IMG/VR virus record: IMGVR_UViG_3300015214_000028
Coordinates: 1-64,000 of that record
Direction: 5' to 3' (one strand)
DNA: 64,000 nt
Source of the DNA: a virus
Taxonomy: Duplodnaviria; Heunggongvirae; Uroviricota; Caudoviricetes
Both the position numbers and the translations under genes were made by a program. The stretch's first letter is position 1. Each line of letters opens with the position of its first letter. Shown one piece after another: positions 61,801-64,000 of the stretch. Under the pieces are notes generated by a model. It made no database searches and was not told the DNA's origin. It saw only the letters and a program-made list of their open reading frames with translations.

Positions 61801-64000
61801 TAATGTTACTAGCCCCAGAGCTAATATCTAAAGTAGTGCTGGCAGGATTAGTAGAGTAATTTCCAGAGGTATCTACTGCTTTTACGTAGTATGTGTATAC
61901 TCCTGGCTCTAAAACTTCTGAGTCAATAAATGTAGTTGCTGTAATATTTTCGCCAACTACTGTAGCAGTTGCCCAAGAGCCACCACTATCTTTAAATCTT
62001 CTTAACTCGTAATGTTTTAAGTCTAAGTCTTGAATTTTACCCCAAGATAGATTGACGCCACCTACTCCTAGTTCAGCTGTAATACTTGTTACGTCAGCAG
62101 GAGGCGCCGCCTTACCAAAAATTGTCATTTCGGCTTCACAAGGCTGCGTCATTGTTCCAGCGTTATTTACACCTACTATTTTAATGTCATAAACAGCAGG
62201 CGCAATAGGCTTAATATCAATACTATTAGTTTCAGACTCTACAGTTCTCCAGACATCATTAACCCATTGAATACCTACACCGGGAACAGCAATCGGAATA
62301 GCTTTTCGTCTGTAAGATACTATATACTTTGGAGAGTTGCCTGTCCAAGATACAGTTACCCCCGTACTAAGCACACTAGGTCCTGAGTAGTATAAATACT
62401 CAATATACCAGTTACCCTGCACGGTGGGGGTATCTAGGCCAGGACCTAAGTTTCCCGTCCCTGGCGACCCCGAGTTCCCGTATCTAGGTTGTAGCCTCAA
62501 GCCATTTTCTACGTAGTCGTATTTAGTAGGCCAGTACTCTAAAGCTGTAATGTTTACAATACCGGGGGAATCCTCGGTAATGCTTAAAATTCTCCACTGC
62601 TCTTTTTCATAGCCATTGCCAGAAACAGTCCAAACCATATTTGGCTCAGCGCCGGTTATGGGACTGGGAGCAGTAAAAATATTATCTACGACTGTGCCAG
62701 TAATTTCGGTTAATTTAGGGGCTAAATGTCTGTTAGCTTGGTCAGTGTCCTCTGCTAGAACGTATAAAGTATACGACCCATTAGGTACTGTAGAGTCCAG
62801 TGTAATTTGGCTGCCACTAATAGATTTAATTCTACCGCCATACCTACCAAAATGTCTGTTGGAGTCCGCAATTTCAATAACATCCCCGGGGGCTAGAATA
62901 GCCGACTCTAAGGATGTTTGAAATGAAACTGTTTCTGTCTCGTACTGATCCGTATATAGGGCCCATTTACCTAGTCTATGGGCTTGGCCTCTAGAAGTAC
63001 ATCCAACTGCGGTAATTTCTAGAGTAACAATTCCCCAACGAGCTACGGCTTGTTGATCTTCTACATATTCTACTTTTTGTCTATAAAAGTCTTGAGGATC
63101 ATTCCAAACTACTTGAGCTACAGTATGTCTAGATTTTAAAGAAGTGCCGGAGTAGGTAAATTGACCAGAGATTACATTAGCTTGAGTAAAATGGGCTACA
63201 GGGTCTCTAGGCATATCTGCTTGAGCTACAAGTTTACCTGCTGCCCAAAACTGCATACCTCTAAAGATTGATGCAAAGTTATTTAACGCGCTATAAACAT
63301 CTTCCGCACTTGTTAGCCAAGTATTGCAGCTGAATCTACGCTCTACGCCACCAAACCCGTCGGGCACTAGATCATCACAGTATTTTCCAATCTCATAAAG
63401 AGCCCATTTATTAATTTGATCTGAATTAATAAACTCACCAATACCGTATCTAGTATTAGTTAAAAGGTCATAGTAGATCCAAGCAGGGTTATCTGTCCAT
63501 TCTGTTTTAAATTGCCCATCCCATGTTCCTACAAATCTATTTCCAATAGCATTAGCATTATAGTTAGTAGGTACTTTAACTTGAATACCCTTAATTAAGT
63601 ATGCTCTGGAAGGGATTGAGGAAAACTGATCAGACTTAACTCTTAATCTAGTAACCGCTGAATTAGGATAACTAAGCTGTTGACTACGAATAACAGTATA
63701 GGCATCAAAAAATACTGAGTCGGCAAATACAAAATCTGGATCTACTTCAGTTGAGCCACCTCTATCGGGAGTAATACGACGAACCTGTACTGTGTATTGA
63801 GTTTGAGATCCGTCAATTTGAATAGTATATGGCTGCTGAAATCTACTGGTAGTTTTTCCGGTTAGATTAATATCTTGTACTTTAACGAAAGAGCCGTTAG
63901 GACCGGACTTTAACCATAGTTCTAAAGCAACTGTAACTGCGGTAGTATCCCCTGTTTTTTTGTTTTGTTGGTAAAACTGGGGAATCCCTAGTATAACTTC
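58823..64000 (-). CDS. giant host-specificity / tail-fibre protein (lambda-J-like region, FN3-like repeats, fibre region, C-terminal S74 intramolecular-chaperone domain), 5' partial; N-terminus beyond the window end
   Basis: The frame stays open upstream of the track start (GTG at 63367) all the way to 64000, with no stop or start codon. The C-terminus SDIRLKNIEDADTNPGLGALLKFQPITYSWKNDDTHRKWWGFSAQQV is a chaperone/autoproteolysis motif. Confidence 0.7.
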   Translation of the reverse strand, partial: EVILGIPQFYQQNKKTGDTTAVTVALELWLKSGPNGSFVKVQDINLTGKTTSRFQQPYTIQIDGSQTQYTVQVRRITPDRGGSTEVDPDFVFADSVFFDAYTVIRSQQLSYPNSAVTRLRVKSDQFSSIPSRAYLIKGIQVKVPTNYNANAIGNRFVGTWDGQFKTEWTDNPAWIYYDLLTNTRYGIGEFINSDQINKWALYEIGKYCDDLVPDGFGGVERRFSCNTWLTSAEDVYSALNNFASIFRGMQFWAAGKLVAQADMPRDPVAHFTQANVISGQFTYSGTSLKSRHTVAQVVWNDPQDFYRQKVEYVEDQQAVARWGIVTLEITAVGCTSRGQAHRLGKWALYTDQYETETVSFQTSLESAILAPGDVIEIADSNRHFGRYGGRIKSISGSQITLDSTVPNGSYTLYVLAEDTDQANRHLAPKLTEITGTVVDNIFTAPSPITGAEPNMVWTVSGNGYEKEQWRILSITEDSPGIVNITALEYWPTKYDYVENGLRLQPRYGNSGSPGTGNLGPGLDTPTVQGNWYIEYLYYSGPSVLSTGVTVSWTGNSPKYIVSYRRKAIPIAVPGVGIQWVNDVWRTVESETNSIDIKPIAPAVYDIKIVGVNNAGTMTQPCEAEMTIFGKAAPPADVTSITAELGVGGVNLSWGKIQDLDLKHYELRRFKDSGGSWATATVVGENITATTFIDSEVLEPGVYTYYVKAVDTSGNYSTNPASTTLDISSGASNITGLAATSASGGVVLTWTNPNSLLVAIKHIEILYSLVNDFSTATTLGTTTGEGFKAELEAGETWYFWARILDRNGNLLPEVGPVSAVSLEKALKTSRVFLFQWSSVKPGNPTGVQTYTWSTNSLSPYTGINGWSNTFGPNPGGSSVYLWVAAQSITTEEQNTTSLVNWANPSVSVYRSENGEEGDFIQSAEIKVYKLDLTIPAGPTGTSTYTWSTGNFSDPSGWTKTIPAPAPGTTLYSASLRLVDSANAATTPINWVTAAVRPEAYNGANGGNPITIDLLSEADVVPALADGSGFSYPTNQIRLYLGNTLITSGITYSYTSSVVGVVANIDSSGNVTFSGSWNTDKVEFIFTATYDSVPYSTAYVIAKSKKGDSAVFADLISENLIVPTNTSGGGYTLPSGNALRLYSGGEQLTSGINYRVKTGPTTYATSQNKNGLTCAINSSGAITLSGASWNTDAVTFELAAQYNSVWYTHILTVAKAKQGATGVGTAGPQGASYRTAYARFGNVNPVSGTVTTIGNTDFPNSSQSNSAWSMNITWYGNDPLPSSSNSLYQTDGIYNPVTNETTWYTPYLSSLKVGTLSAITANTGSLNVSTSITAGSSPPVVSSSTYYDYISSGAGFRVNSSGQFAIGNSNAYIVATTSRVSLGGTLSLGSSANSTLSISTEGTVVGNHTSNFHLTKAVGDSNRVLLSATNTVDDAAPVWIHKGISSASLNYISSGGNAVVGVFSASNSTSISSWKYIGSLASGNTYAAVRGQAFNGADLTGSNMYAKGGWFSRFKGTGYSSKGNINTDVQLATYNAAIKAVSSPNSGYTALFRRLSTDTALTDGVDIYDAYASNDAGTVAINDYSSNFAIRATGTNPNIGTTGLFFSGSFSNSTFNGFSVVFHLGHLIAGGASDIRLKNIEDADTNPGLGALLKFQPITYSWKNDDTHRKWWGFSAQQVKSIVPELVESTNEEAHLAIRELQLIPILVKAVQELSAQVEELKKKLNV

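Overview
The window is an AT-rich (~38-40% GC) segment of a virulent tailed-phage genome that is T5-like in gene content; that comparison is from memory and is inference. Positions 1-7094 on the minus strand hold the end of a late structural/packaging operon: a collagen-like fibre protein (partial), a small structural protein, a fused prohead-protease/scaffold/HK97-fold major capsid protein, portal, HNH endonuclease, TerL and TerS. Positions 7100-13460 are a repeat-rich region carrying a pre-early-like module (HAD phosphatase, A1-like metallophosphoesterase, A2-like HTH protein), patches of unusually high GC, and a ~1.7 kb non-coding tract dense with iterons and palindromes; a 17-bp CCCGGGG-containing element occurs at least 16 times across the window (most in this tract, two at 7136-7220, three more at 14075-14181). 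This tract is a candidate terminal-repeat, injection-stop or origin region. Positions 13461-16238 are a short minus-strand block. Positions 16441-57075 are a long plus-strand early region driven by at least 12 near-identical sigma70-type promoters (TTGAYT-N17-TATAAT). The early region contains about 17 tRNA genes, one of which is tRNA-Leu(UAA) interrupted by an intron that encodes an HNH homing endonuclease. It also contains a Ro60/Rsr (TROVE+vWA) homologue, ThyX, PhoH, dCMP deaminase, a thioredoxin, a split NAD-dependent ligase, DnaB-like helicase, DnaG-like primase, a family-A DNA polymerase interrupted at motif A by a 1.2 kb endonuclease-bearing insert, a DExH helicase carrying a mini-intein in motif II, SbcCD, FEN, dUTPase and a class II RNR. 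A 2.4 kb high-GC island (19340-21740) encodes a Gly-Tyr dipeptide-repeat protein and a DHH/DHHA1 phosphoesterase. Positions 57112-64000 on the minus strand hold a lysis cassette and a giant host-specificity/tail-fibre protein that runs off the window end. Coordinates for RNA genes and repeats were derived by hand and may be off by 1-2 nt.
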